A stretch of 63,832 nucleotides of DNA, filler included, from Octopus bimaculoides (lineage: Eukaryota): the NCBI RefSeq assembly GCF_001194135.2. It is 9 parts of 6 records of this genome, joined end to end, with 100 filler letters (N's around TTAATTAATTAA, not from the genome) between each part and the next. Parts side by side here need not be neighbours in the genome. Positions count along the whole stretch, not along the records: positions 1 to 8,352 come from NC_068999.1; positions 8,453 to 18,301 come from NC_068999.1; 7 more parts are not named here. One strand, 5' to 3'. The notes under the pieces were generated by a model. That model was not told where the DNA came from and did not search any database. It worked only from the letters and a program-made list of their open reading frames with translations. The translations under genes were made by a program, and so were the position numbers. The stretch's first letter is position 1. Each line of letters starts with the position of its first letter. Positions 1-13,065 of the stretch are shown here, piece after piece.

Positions 1-31
<31 letters not shown>

Positions 32-667
32 CACTGTGTGAATGTATGACCTGAAGGCGCTGGAAGAAAACACTGTTCACAAGGGCGGGGCAATCTATTC
101 TAACCGACGGTTATCAGAACATACGTCACAACTTGATAAAGAATGAAACAAAAACTCTAGGTTCAATCTCCGTCACTCGGTCCAACATAAAAGTCTCCGA
201 TAGACAATGCCTGAAGTCTCTGGTAGACAATACCGATCGAAAGGTTATGCCAAATTCTAAGATGACAAACATCCAACAAGATGAGGGAAGAAAACATTTT
301 TCGAACCCAAACATATATCAAAATACAATTCTTCTCTGAATAAAAAAAAGAATCACATTCAGAACATCCAACTGATAATTCTGTAACTTCCAAATTTTTT
401 TATGACCAATCTCGTAATTCTATGGAACACAAGTTAAATCTATGATAACCTGATTACTCGTTCTTCCATTGCAGTGTTATAAAACCAAAATAAAATCCAA
501 TAAAATAGGAAGATCTTGATAAATTATTCATTGCTCTGGTGTGTAAGGTGTTTTCGCTAAATACTTTATTACAATATTGTTTACAACAGTTTTGATAAAT
601 TCTCTCTTGCATTCAGGTATGAAACAGCTTCGATAAAAGTGTATCTGTGCTGTAGTGGTTGTGGCAG

Positions 668-671
<4 letters not shown>

Positions 672-740
<69 letters not shown>

Positions 741-865
741 CGCGCGTGGATATGTGTGTGCATATGTGTGTATGTATATATGTGTGTATGTAAGTGTGTG
801 TATGTAAGTGTGTGAATGTGTGGGGTGTGTATACTTTTAAATATGCGCGTGTGAGTCGGTATATA

Positions 866-898
<33 letters not shown>

Positions 899-908
899 AT
901 ATATATAT
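672..908. repeat. (TG)n / (TA)n / (TATG)n microsatellite cluster, representative of dozens in the window
   Basis: Direct reading; most N gaps are flanked by such tracts. Confidence 0.98.
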
Positions 909-1219
909 NNNNNNNNNNNNNNNNNNNNNNNNNNNNNNNNNNNNNNNNNNNNNNNNNNNNNNNNNNNNNNNNNNNNNNNNNNNNNNNNNNNNNNNNNNNN
1001 NNNNNNNNNNNNNNNNNNNNNNNNNNNNNNNNNNNNNNNNNNNNNNNNNNNNNNNNNNNNNNNNNNNNNNNNNNNNNNNNNNNNNNNNNNNNNNNNNNNN
1101 NNNNNNNNNNNNNNNNNNNNNNNNNNNNNNNNNNNNNNNNNNNNNNNNNNNNNNNNNNNNNNNNNNNNNNNNNNNNNNNNNNNNNNNNNNNNNNNNNNNN
1201 NNNNNNNNNNNNNNNNNTA

Positions 1220-1255
<36 letters not shown>

Positions 1256-1733
1256 TCAATAAATCAGCTATAGAATATATCTACGCCAGTCAGTTTGAAA
1301 ACATCTCTTCCAGTTTTCCTCCTTTTCATTTTTATGATTTCAATACCACCCTGATATATTGAATCGTTTATATATCTTTTAAAACATTGCTATATAATAT
1401 ATTTTGATATATTCCTTTTCTTTACAACGGCTCTTTTATAATATATTTCTATAAATTCTTCTTTTTATAGCATAAGCATATAACACGGCTTTGATAATTT
1501 CGTCATTGCACCGGTGTATTGGAGAGTGAGATAACATTTCTGTTTTATTACAGTCCAATGTCTAAGTGTTTATGTGGTTTTGTGCGTCTGTGACTTTGTG
1601 AAATACACAGTCGATAAAACAACATACATACATATATGTACGCATGTATGTATACATATATGTACGCATGTATGTATGTTATGCTAATACATTTATGTAT
1701 GTATCTGTAAGTATTTATGTATATGTATCTATG

Positions 1734-1783
<50 letters not shown>

Positions 1784-1961
1784 TAGGTATTATTGTAAAT
1801 TTTTGGTGTTTTTGTTATTGTATGTATTACTCATGTAATATCAAATATTTTGATAAATTCTTTATGGCATTGGAGCATAACGTATTTTGATAAATTCTAC
1901 GAAGCATTAGTGGCATATGAAATCTACACACACATACACACACACACACATACATACATAC

Positions 1962-1992
<31 letters not shown>

Positions 1993-3126
1993 TTGGTATG
2001 TGTGAATATATGCATGTATGTATTACGCACAAACACACACACAAACACTACATATACACATGCACACTCACACACAAACATCCATATGTATATATATATA
2101 TATATATANNNNNNNNNNNNNNNNNNNNNNNNNNNNNNNNNNNNNNNNNNNNNNNNNNNNNNNNNNNNNNNNNNNNNNNNNNNNNNNNNNNNNNNNNNNN
2201 NNNNNNNNNNNNNNNNNNNNNNNNNNNNNNNNNNNNNNNNNNNNNNNNNNNNNNNNNNNNNNNNNNNNNNNNNNNNNNNNNNNNNNNNNNNNNNNNNNNN
2301 NNNNNNNNNNNNNNNNNNNNNNNNNNNNNNNNNNNNNNNNNNNNNNNNNNNNNNNNNNNNNNNNNNNNNNNNNNNNNNNNNNNNNNNNNNNNNNNNNNNN
2401 NNNNNNNNNNNNNNNNNNNNNNNNNNNNNNNNNNNNNNNNNNNNNNNNNNNNNNNNNNNNNNNNNNNNNNNNNNNNNNNNNNNNNNNNNNNNNNNNNNNN
2501 NNNNNNNNNNNNNNNNNNNNNNNNNNNNNNNNNNNNNNNNNNNNNNNNNNNNNNNNNNNNNNNNNNNNNNNNNNNNNNNNNNNNNNNNNNNNNNNNNNNN
2601 NNNNNNNNNNNNNNNNNNNNNNNNNNNNNNNNNNNNNNNNNNNNNNNNNNNNNNNNNNNNNNNNNNNNNNNNNNNNNNNNNNNNNNNNNNNNNNNNNNNN
2701 NNNNNNNNNNNNNNNNNNNNNNNNNNNNNNNNNNNNNNNNNNNNNNNNNNNNNNNNNNNNNNNNNNNNNNNNNNNNNNNNNNNNNNNNNNNNNNNNNNNN
2801 NNNNNNNNNNNNNNNNNNNNNNNNNNNNNNNNNNNNNNNNNNNNNNNNNNNNNNNNNNNNNNNNNNNNNNNNNNNNNNNNNNNNNNNNNNNNNNNNNNNN
2901 NNNNNNNNNNNNNNNNNNNNNNNNNNNNNNNNNNNNAGTGTTGATCTCGGCAGTATTTGAAAGCCTGGAAATTCTGGAAATCGTCTCCACTAAAAGCATC
3001 TTCTATAAACGTATAACGTTAAAATGTTAAAATTCACAGAAGTATGTCCTGATGCTTTTTCGAAATGAATACTGCAGTTTCAGGCTCTGAGCAGTACATC
3101 TGCGTTAAGTTCGATATACAGAATAG

Positions 3127-3159
<33 letters not shown>

Positions 3160-3673
3160 TACGAGGCATGGATCTCTATTTTAATTTGATATTTTCTCAA
3201 TTGTGTAACCAGACATATATGCGTGTGTGAGCGTGTATATGTATTTGTGCGTACGTATATTACTATACGTAGAATAAACATTAGCATGTGTGTGTGTGTG
3301 TGTGTGTGTGTTGTAGACATAAATATAGCTTGATTGATAAATTCAGGCGTCTCTGCATTTGTTCATGCGTACATGCATTTGACATAGGTATACGCAGGCA
3401 CACACGTTCAAACATACCCAGGTCTTCACTCACACACACACACATGCATGATTGCTACTGTTTCACATGCTGTGATTTCTCCGTGTCGTGTCCGATGACT
3501 TAATCTTCAATCTCTCAGATTATTGCCAATTTAATCCGGGGATTTATTCCAAAATAAGTCTTTGAATAGCCATTATCAGAACTGTCCATTTCCAGAAATA
3601 TCAAGCTGAGAGTTTGGTCATTTGCAGTTGCATCGCAAATGCCAACCAATACATTTCCGCATGGCTATGTGGC

Positions 3674-3737
<64 letters not shown>

Positions 3738-4194
3738 NNNNNNNNNNNNNNNNNNNNNNNNNNNNNNNNNNNNNNNNNNNNNNNNNNNNNNNNNNNNNNN
3801 NNNNNNNNNNNNNNNNNNNNNNNNNNNNNNNNNNNNNNNNNNNNNNNNNNNNNNNNNNNNNNNNNNNNNNNNNNNNNNNNNNNNNNNNNNNNNNNNNNNN
3901 NNNNNNNNNNNNNNNNNNNNNNNNNNNNNNNNNNNNNNNNNNNNNNNNNNNNNNNNNNNNNNNNNNNNNNNNNNNNNNNNNNNNNNNNNNNNNNNNNNNN
4001 NNNNNNNNNNNNNNNNNNNNNNNNNNNNNNNNNNNNNNNNNNNNNNNNNNNNNNNNNNNNNNNNNNNNNNNNNNNNNNNNNNNNNNNNNNNNNNNNNNNN
4101 NNNNNNNNNNNNNNNNNNNNNNNNNNNNNNNNNNNNNNNNNNNNNNNNNNNNNNNNNNNNNNNNNNNNTTATTATTATTATTATCGTTACGGTT

Positions 4195-4402
4195 TTGAGC
4201 TGGCAGACTCGTTAGCATGCCGGACGAAATGCTTAGCAGTACTTCGCCCGTTATTACGTTTTGATTTCAACTTCTACCGAGTTCGACCTTGCTGTTCATC
4301 CTTTGGCGGTCGGTAAATTAAGTACCAGTGAAACACTGGGGTCGATGTGACCAACTAGTCCCCTCCCCCAATTTCAGGCCTTGTGACTATAGAAGAGAAG
4401 GA
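4195..4402 (+). mobile_element. SINE family B (tRNA-derived)
   Basis: Head GAGCTGGCAGA..GTTAGCA..AAATGCTTAGC, body TTCATCCTTT..TAAATTAAGTACCAG, tail CAGGCCTTGTG; many homologous copies in the window. Confidence 0.85.
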
Positions 4403-4419
4403 TTACTACTACTACTACT

Positions 4420-4454
<35 letters not shown>

Positions 4455-5857
4455 TATTGAATTCTGTTTATTGGCCACATGCGCTGAAGAACTTTTGAGA
4501 CATTTCAAAAAAAGGCGCAAAACAAATAAAAAAGGAGAAAAAAAGTAACGAGAATAGATTATGGTATTGTACCAACAGGTGGAGCTCGTCAAGAAAGCTG
4601 ACAACAGATCCAGAGTTATCCTGACCACTGAGTTTCAAGGGAACTCACCCAACCGTCATTCCCCAGGGTACCGCTACGTACCAAGAGTAAATTCATTCAT
4701 TCGAGTCGTGGTCGTTATTTCTGTTTGTCTTCTGTCTTTTCCTTCCGCTCAGCACACGATTTCTTTTGCGATGACCACCACCAACAAGGAGATACCTGCC
4801 TGTCCTTCCTACGCGAAGGAAAGCGGTTGATCTTCATAAACGGCTTGATTAATAATTAGATTCATTTTACATCGACAGCAGTTTGTTCGGTAAAACTCCA
4901 CCAGTCAGCAATGTTTGAGCACTGAGCGAAATGGTTGCACCTCGGCCAAGCGCTGCAGGCAGCACTTCCCTGTCTATAGTGTTTGTCTCCAACCGACAAT
5001 GATCAATTCCCACCCAAGTACCACTGCCAAATAAGGTATTTCTGAAAGCTATAGGCAGTCTGCAGACTGAATTCCCTCTGGAACAAAAGACACAAAGGAC
5101 TCTCATCTACATCCAGTGTTTCTCGGAGAAGCTCTGGATATCATAACGTTTCCCACCTCTAGTCCTTCATAGAACGTTAGCGAACGAGTCCCATTGAGCC
5201 AATTGCCTCACAATTAGAGAATCGTCAGCAACTTGAAGTATTCCTGATGTCAGACGCTTACTGCGGGACAACAGTTCCATCCGAGAGTTGAGTCTGACAA
5301 ATAGCGACCTGCTCACTTTTTCCGAACCTCTGGGTAGATGGCGCTACTTCAGTGCCCAACTGGGTATCGTAATCTAAGGAATAACGAGCGCTTTGCACAG
5401 CGGACGGAATGCCTGACCATTAGGCTTGACTCCAATTGCTTTCTCTGTATGACATATGCGCCATTTGTCAAGTGCGCCATCTACAGCTATTTCCCTCGTA
5501 CATTTGTTGGAGCGTCAGTTGTGGTGGTGTAACAACGGTTTCGAATGTTGACTGGTGATGGAGGTGGTGGTGGTGGTGGTGGTGGTGGTGGTGGTGTCAT
5601 TGGTGATTGTGATGTTGTTGAGGTTGGAAAGGACACCGGTGGCGACGTTTGTGTACTTGTAGAAGTAGTAAACTAATGATGATGCTTGTGTTTCAGTAGT
5701 GGTGGAGGTGGGTTGTTGGTGGTGTTGGTGGTAGTGTGCCGTGGTTGCTACGGTGATAAATAACGAAGTTAAGTAGAAAGCTGATTACTGTAATCTCCGG
5801 CGGGAAAATAGGAAATCTTAGAATATTGGTCGTTAAGGAAAATAAGTGGATTGATTT

Positions 5858-5871
5858 GTTGCCATGGATAC
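5858..5871 (-). promoter_or_regulatory. RFX X-box motif
   Basis: GTTGCCATGGATAC; reverse complement GTATCCATGGCAAC fully matches GTHNYYATRRNAAC. Confidence 0.45.
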
Positions 5872-6024
5872 TGATTGATGACCATTTGGTCATCAATCAG
5901 TAGCCATGAAGTATCCACTGCGAATCTATATGAGTGTGTATGTGTGTGTGAGAGAGAGTGTGTTTTTATGTTGTGTCTGTATGTGTATATACGTTTATGT
6001 ATCTGTATCTCTATTTCTGTTTCC

Positions 6025-6084
<60 letters not shown>

Positions 6085-6469
6085 NNNNNNNNNNNNNNNN
6101 NNNNNNNNNNNNNNNNNNNNNNNNNNNNNNNNNNNNNNNNNNNNNNNNNNNNNNNNNNNNNNNNNNNNNNNNNNNNNNNNNNNNNNNNNNNNNNNNNNNN
6201 NNNNNNNNNNNNNNNNNNNNNNNNNNNNNNNNNNNNNNNNNNNNNNNNNNNNNNNNNNNNNNNNNNNNNNNNNNNNNNNNNNNNNNNNNNNNNNNNNNNN
6301 NNNNNNNNNNNNNNNNNNNNNNNNNNNNNNNNNNNNNNNNGGGGGAGAGGGAGAGGCAGTGAGTATGGCTGTGCGTCTGGGTCGGTAGAAGCATGCGTGT
6401 GTCCCTGTATATCTATAGTGTGTGTGTGTGTGTGTGTGTGTTTGCGTGTGTGTGTGTTTCTTTGTGTCT

Positions 6470-6670
6470 GCATTTGACCCCTGCTGCTGCCTAACAACCG
6501 GTATCGGTGTGTTTACGTCTCCGTAATCTGCAGAACAGACCGACAGAACAAGTAACAGAATTTTATTTTTTTAATGGTAAGTCCTGTTGCCGATTCCTTA
6601 ACTAAAAATTCTTGAAATCGGTGCCCCAGCATGGCCGCAGTGCATTGACTGAAACAAGTAAAAGATAAAC
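6470..6670 (+). mobile_element. SINE family A, 3' half
   Basis: GGTGTGTTTACGT..; tail GGTGCCCCAGCATGGCCGCAGT..GACTGAAACAAGTAAAAG. Confidence 0.8.
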
Positions 6671-6784
6671 GGTAAATGATAGACTCAGAAATAGGGTGAT
6701 TTCCAAGAAAGGGAAAGTCAGTCATCACCTGGATGTGAATCGAAACCGATCTGGGATATTCCGAATGAGCAATATCGTCATTTG

Positions 6785-6975
6785 GTTACCATGGAGAGAA
6801 ATGTAGTGATTATTATCTGGTTGCTATGGTCACAGATCGACAGGAGTAGGGGCAGCGGGTGAAAAGATGAAAGCAAAAAGAGAAGAAGAGGAGGAAGACA
6901 ATAATGGAAGACGGTGTAAATCGCTGTTACCATGTTGATGGATTGGCAGAGGAACAAAACCGTTGTTATGGAAAC
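6785..6975 (+). promoter_or_regulatory. Cluster of RFX X-box-like motifs in a CpG-retaining, microsatellite-free region
   Basis: GTTGTTATGGAAAC (6962-6975, full match), GTTGCTATGGTCAC (6820-6833, one mismatch), half-sites GTTACCATG at 6785 and 6926. Confidence 0.45.
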
Positions 6976-7504
6976 GGGAAAATCGATAAAAAAAAATATG
7001 GGGAGAAAACGAAATAGATTCGGTGTTCAATCAAGCATCTTTTGTGTTTGTTTTTTCGTTTGTTGTTGCCTGTTGTTGTTGTTTTGTTTTGCTTTCTTTT
7101 TGCAACACAACTGCGATATATCATTATATTATATGATGTACTCCGGTTGGTATCTTTATCGCACATTATTAAACCGCATTTGTTGTGTGAGAAACGTGGA
7201 AAGAGGTTGCTTTAAGCAGCCACCATGTTATTTTATATTAGATGATTATCACGTGGTTATCATGTGACAGTTTCATGTCAAAGCAGATAATCGATCGATC
7301 TGTGTGATGTAATAATGATCCACGATCGGCAAACGGAATCGATTACGCGTCGTACTTTCGTTTATTATTTAAAGAGCATAAGGCAGCAAGCTAGTAAAAT
7401 CGTTGGCACGCCGGACAAAATGCTTAGCGGCATTTCGTCCGTCATTAGGTTTTGAGTTCAAATGTATGTATGTATGTATATTTGTATGTATGTATGTATG
7501 TATG

Positions 7505-7537
<33 letters not shown>

Positions 7538-7544
7538 TACTGGT

Positions 7545-7745
7545 CCTCCGCCCGTTACGACGACGAGGATTCCAGTTGATCCGATGAACGGAACAGCCTG
7601 CTCGTGAATTAACCTGCAAGTGGCTGAGTACTCCACAGACAAGCATATCCTTAACGTAGTTCTCAACAAGAGTTAGCATGACACAGAATGCGACAAGGTT
7701 AGCCCTTGTGAATTACAGGTACTACTTATTTTTGGCAACTGAGTG
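7545..7745 (-). mobile_element. SINE family D, 3' part
   Basis: Reverse complement of the 3' half of the full copy at 23990-24367. Confidence 0.85.
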
Positions 7746-8317
7746 AACCCTAACAACTAAGCCACGCACCTTGACGTAGAATGTTGCTGGACACAAGAAT
7801 TGAACACACGAAATTAGGATTTGTGAGTCGAACACCATCACTACCCGAGCAGGCGTCACCTCTGTATGTAAAGCTGTTGCACAGACCGCGTGGATCTGAA
7901 GCATCGGATCGTTGTTGTGTGGATGAGGTGACTTTTGACATATCTTAAAACACTGAGATATGAGGAAATGTAATTGTTATGTGCCTTAATATAAAATGAT
8001 ATCCCTCAGATACGATATATTAGATCGTACTAATGGACGCTTGTCGTTGCAACAGTGGGATCTATTTATTTATGGCAAATCTATTCGATAGCAATTGAGA
8101 CTGAGTGAAGACAGCTTTGACAGTTTTGATCGATATTTATGTTATATGATATCCTGTGGATATCCTATATTAAATCATCTCTCTTTTCGGACGCTCAGCC
8201 GATCGTTTACATTGTTCAGATTTATCTTCCTTTAATATGATATCCTACGATAACCTATAGAGTTGTTTTTAATATTAAGTCATTGAAGAAACAAAGGGAT
8301 TACACTGATAACCATAA

Positions 8318-8352
<35 letters not shown>

Positions 8353-8452
8353 NNNNNNNNNNNNNNNNNNNNNNNNNNNNNNNNNNNNNNNNNNNNTTAA
8401 TTAATTAANNNNNNNNNNNNNNNNNNNNNNNNNNNNNNNNNNNNNNNNNNNN
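8353..8452. other. Artificial scaffold linker (44 N + TTAATTAATTAA + 44 N)
   Basis: Exactly 100 bp; the 12-mer gives stop codons in all six frames; identical at 8 sites. Confidence 0.97.
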
Positions 8453-8971
8453 TATATATATATATATTATGCATGCTTACATACATACGTACGTACTAAC
8501 CTATGTATATTATACATCATACATACATATATACATACATACTTGCATGTATGCATTCATACATACATACGTACGTACGTACGTACGTGCGTGCGTACAC
8601 ATGCGTACTTACACGTACGTACATATACAGATACCAATAAAGATGTAATCACTCATTCCATATTGCTGCAAGAAACAACACAAGGGCAGCAGGATTAAGA
8701 ATTGTTGGCGACGAAAGTTTTGTAAGAGTGGACGATCCAAACAGATATATTGACCGAATGACCTGACATAAAAGTCTTTCAAATCAAAATTACGAATGTT
8801 AAAAGAATATGTATTATGTCTGACAGCAAGAAAGCCGATCAATAAACGGGGGATCGAAGGGCGGCTAAGTAAATGCTGTAGAATGCTGAAGAAAGAATTG
8901 ATGGGTTTCTGGCTTTGTGTAACTTTTGAACGAAGTTAGTGGTTTGTATAACGACTTACACGTACGCGCGT

Positions 8972-9036
<65 letters not shown>

Positions 9037-9223
9037 TATATTATGTGTATGTACATACGTACACATATATATCGGTAGATCTACATACACATACACGTTG
9101 ATGGTGTCAGTAAACTACAAAGGAAGTATGCAAAGGAAGGACTTCGTAAATAGAAATATTTCGAAAGATGTCTAGTGAGAACGATATATATATAAAACAG
9201 AATGACTTTCTCCATAAACAATA

Positions 9224-9287
<64 letters not shown>

Positions 9288-9451
9288 GTTTATGAATTTG
9301 TGTTGCACGATTCCTGATGCGAAACCGTGTGTTAAAATAGATGTTGAATTTTGCGATGGTCATTTTTGCTTTTAGTTTCCAAATAAACAGACACACTATA
9401 TATTCATTCTTCACTCGTTCATTACTGTTCTTATTCTAACTCATGTCCATT

Positions 9452-9496
9452 GTCTGGAAATCTTTCGTCACACATCTGTGACCTCTTCAGCGAAAC
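9452..9496 (-). ncRNA. Minimal type I hammerhead ribozyme motif (Penelope-type)
   Basis: Minus strand guuucg-CUGAAGA-G-GUCACA(gaug)UGUGAC-GAAA-gauu-UC-cagac: core, 6-bp stem II, short stem III, bulged stem I. Confidence 0.6.
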
Positions 9497-9539
9497 TTTC
9501 CCTTCTCGTGTGTGCTCCTGCTCTGCTTAGTCCAACAAA

Positions 9540-9718
9540 TTCCGGGGAGAGACTAAGTTGAGTACATCGAGCTCAATACTCAACTGTTACTTATTTTATC
9601 GGCCCTGAAAGAATAAAAGGCAAAATCTACCGGGGCGGAATTTGAACTCGGACGTAAAGACGGACGAAATAACGCTAAGCATTTGGTCCGGCGTGCTAAC
9701 GATTCTGCGAGCTCGCTA
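9540..9718 (-). mobile_element. SINE family B
   Basis: GAATTTGAACTC (reverse B box), CTAAGCATTT..GCGTGCTAACG. Confidence 0.8.
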
Positions 9719-9880
9719 AATCTCCCTCAGTTCATAGTCAACTGATATAGAAAAGAACACTTTAAAAAAACGCAGTGTTTGAGCTTTCGGCCGATAGGAA
9801 GAGACACGTGTCGGTCACGGTTGGAAGGCCTTTCATGATAAGTGTGTTCGATCGGAAATGACCTTGGGCTAAACAACAGC
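9712..9880 (+). mobile_element. SINE-like family F, (CAA)n tail; other copies 22915-22980 (-), 40380-40540 (+), 46250-46460 (+)
   Basis: Shared CAAATCTCCCTC head motif and GACCT.GGGCTAAACAAC tail. Confidence 0.6.
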
Positions 9881-11193
9881 AGCCACTAACATCATCATCA
9901 TCATCATCAACATCATCATCATCATAACAGACATCACAAACATTATGTCACAAGCTATATTCACATGGCCATCATCATCATAAACATTATGACAACTATC
10001 ACCACCACCACCACCACCACCACCACCACCACCGCCACCACCAGNNNNNNNNNNNNNNNNNNNNNNNNNNNNNNNNNNNNNNNNNNNNNNNNNNNNNNNN
10101 NNNNNNNNNNNNNNNNNNNNNNNNNNNNNNNNNNNNNNNNNNNNNNNNNNNNNNNNNNNNNNNNNNNNNNNNNNNNNNNNNNNNNNNNNNNNNNNNNNNN
10201 NNNNNNNNNNNNNNNNNNNNNNNNNNNNNNNNNNNNNNNNNNNNNNNNNNNNNNNNNNNNNNNNNNNNNNNNNNNNNNNNNNNNNNNNNNNNNNNNNNNN
10301 NNNNNNNNNNNNNNNNNNNNNNNNNNNNNNNNNNNNNNNNNNNNNNNNNNNNNNNNNNNNNNNNNNNNNNNNNNNNNNNNNNNNNNNNNNNNNNNNNNNN
10401 NNNNNNNNNNNNNNNNNNNNNNNNNNNNNNNNNNNNNNNNNNNNNNNNNNNNNNNNNNNNNNNNNNNNNNNNNNNNNNNNNNNNNNNNNNNNNNNNNNNN
10501 NNNNNNNNNNNNNNNNNNNNNNNNNNNNNNNNNNNNNNNNNNNNNNNNNNNNNNNNNNNNNNNNNNNNNNNNNNNNNNNNNNNNNNNNNNNNNNNNNNNN
10601 NNNNNNNNNNNNNNNNNNNNNNNNNNNNNNNNNNNNNNNNNNNNNNNNNNNNNNNNNNNNNNNNNNNNNNNNNNNNNNNNNNNNNNNNNNNNNNNNNNNN
10701 NNNNNNNNNNNNNNNNNNNNNNNNNNNNNNNNNNNNNNNNNNNNNNNNNNNNNNNNNNNNNNNNNNNNNNNNNNNNNNNNNNNNNNNNNNNNNNNNNNNN
10801 NNNNNNNNNNNNNNNNNNNNNNNNNNNNNNNNNNNNNNNNNNNNNNNNNNNNNNNNNNNNNNNNNNNNNNNNNNNNNNNNNNNNNNNNNNNNNNNNNNNN
10901 NNNNNNNNNNNNNNNNNNNNNNNTTATCATCATCATCATCATCATCCTAGCAAACGCCGCCGCCACCTCCTCGACCAACACCACCACCATGACCACCACC
11001 ACCAAAACCACCACCACCACCACCAGCATCATCTTTATCATCACAATCATCATCACAATCATCATCACAATCAAGCAACGTGATCATGATCATCAACATC
11101 ACCACCTCCATCATCTTCCTCCATCACCCTCCTCCATCTCGTTCCTCCGCCACCCCCATCTTTACCACCATATCCATAATTACCAGTATCTCT

Positions 11194-11237
<44 letters not shown>

Positions 11238-12256
11238 CACACACAGACACACACACACACACATCCCACCAATGACAATAACAACGGCAACAACACCAGC
11301 ATAATCACCTCAACACACGTCCATTATCATCCACAGCCGCCACCACNNNNNNNNNNNNNNNNNNNNNNNNNNNNNNNNNNNNNNNNNNNNNNNNNNNNNN
11401 NNNNNNNNNNNNNNNNNNNNNNNNNNNNNNNNNNNNNNNNNNNNNNNNNNNNNNNNNNNNNNNNNNNNNNNNNNNNNNNNNNNNNNNNNNNNNNNNNNNN
11501 NNNNNNNNNNNNNNNNNNNNNNNNNNNNNNNNNNNNNNNNNNNNNNNNNNNNNNNNNNNNNNNNNNNNNNNNNNNNNNNNNNNNNNNNNNNNNNNNNNNN
11601 NNNNNNNNNNNNNNNNNNNNNNNNNNNNNNNNNNNNNNNNNNNNNNNNNNNNNNNNNNNNNNNNNNNNNNNNNNNNNNNNNNNNNNNNNNNNNNNNNNNN
11701 NNNNNNNNNNNNNNNNNNNNNNNNNNNNNNNNNNNNNNNNNNNNNNNNNNNNNNNNNNNNNNNNNNNNNNNNNNNNNNNNNNNNNNNNNNNNNNNNNNNN
11801 NNNNNNNNNNNNNNNNNNNNNNNNNNNNNNNNNNNNNNNNNNNNNNNNNNNNNNNNNNNNNNNNNNNNNNNNNNNNNNNNNNNNNNNNNNNNNNNNNNNN
11901 NNNNNNNNNNNNNNNNNNNNNNNNNNNNNNNNNNNNNNNNNNNNNNNNNNNNNNNNNNNNNNNNNNNNNNNNNNNNNNNNNNNNNNNNNNNNNNNNNNNN
12001 NNNNNNNNNNNNNNNNNNNNNNNNNNNNNNNNNNNNNNNNNNNNNNNNNNNNNNNNNNNNNNNNNNNNNNNNNNNNNNNNNNNNNNNNNNNNNNNNNNNN
12101 NNNNNNNNNNNNNNNNNNNNNNNNNNNNNNNNNNNNNNNNNNNTATATATATATATATATATACATATACGTATATATATATACATATAAACAGGTTTGC
12201 GTAACCATATATGGATGGTTGCGTATATCTGCGTATATACTGTATAACTATAACTC

Positions 12257-12295
<39 letters not shown>

Positions 12296-12470
12296 AATAT
12301 ATATATAGAAATATATATAGATATAGATATATATATGTATATATGTATATATGTGTACATGTATATATGTACTTGTGTATACATACATACATATAAATAT
12401 ATATTTATATATGCATATTTGAATATATGTACTTATAAATGCGTAAATATATATATATAAATAAATATAA

Positions 12471-12513
<43 letters not shown>

Positions 12514-12878
12514 AACGTTCATGTGCGTGTGTGTATACATACATATATATGTATGTATATGTATGTGTGTGTCGATGCGTGTATGTGTTGTATTATGTGT
12601 GTAGTACGAAGGTGGGATTGATGGTAATTTCGTTAATAGACGAAAGGCAAGTGAAAAGACGTGACTATCGACTTTATCGGGGAAACTGGAGGCAGACAAT
12701 AACGACAAAGTTTCACAAGATTAAAGCAAAGCTCGGTAATAAATCTTCTAGTATTTATTTTACATCTTCTCTAAATCACTTTGACAATCTATGTTGGTGC
12801 TCAACGCCACTTTCTAGCTCCGTTTTCTCATTCTCTCTCTCTCTCTCTCTCCTTCATACACTCACTTTCTCTTTCTTA

Positions 12879-12914
<36 letters not shown>

Positions 12915-12924
12915 NNNNNNNNNN

Positions 12925-12965
<41 letters not shown>

Positions 12966-13030
12966 TAACTCTCTCTCTCTCTCTTTCTCAATGTCTTTCT
13001 TATTTCCTCTCTGTTGTCTCCATGTCTTTG

Positions 13031-13065
<35 letters not shown>

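Noticed and set aside
42-339. Short ORFs and GC box at the window start
   Set aside because: No recognisable protein motif or splice support; a single GGGCGGGG is insufficient.
7245-7270. E-box pair (CACGTG, CATGTGAC)
   Set aside because: Short motifs expected by chance; no independent support.
7990-8270. Three ATGATATCC-containing units as an array or CRISPR-like repeat
   Set aside because: Short, irregularly spaced and degenerate; eukaryotic context with no cas genes.
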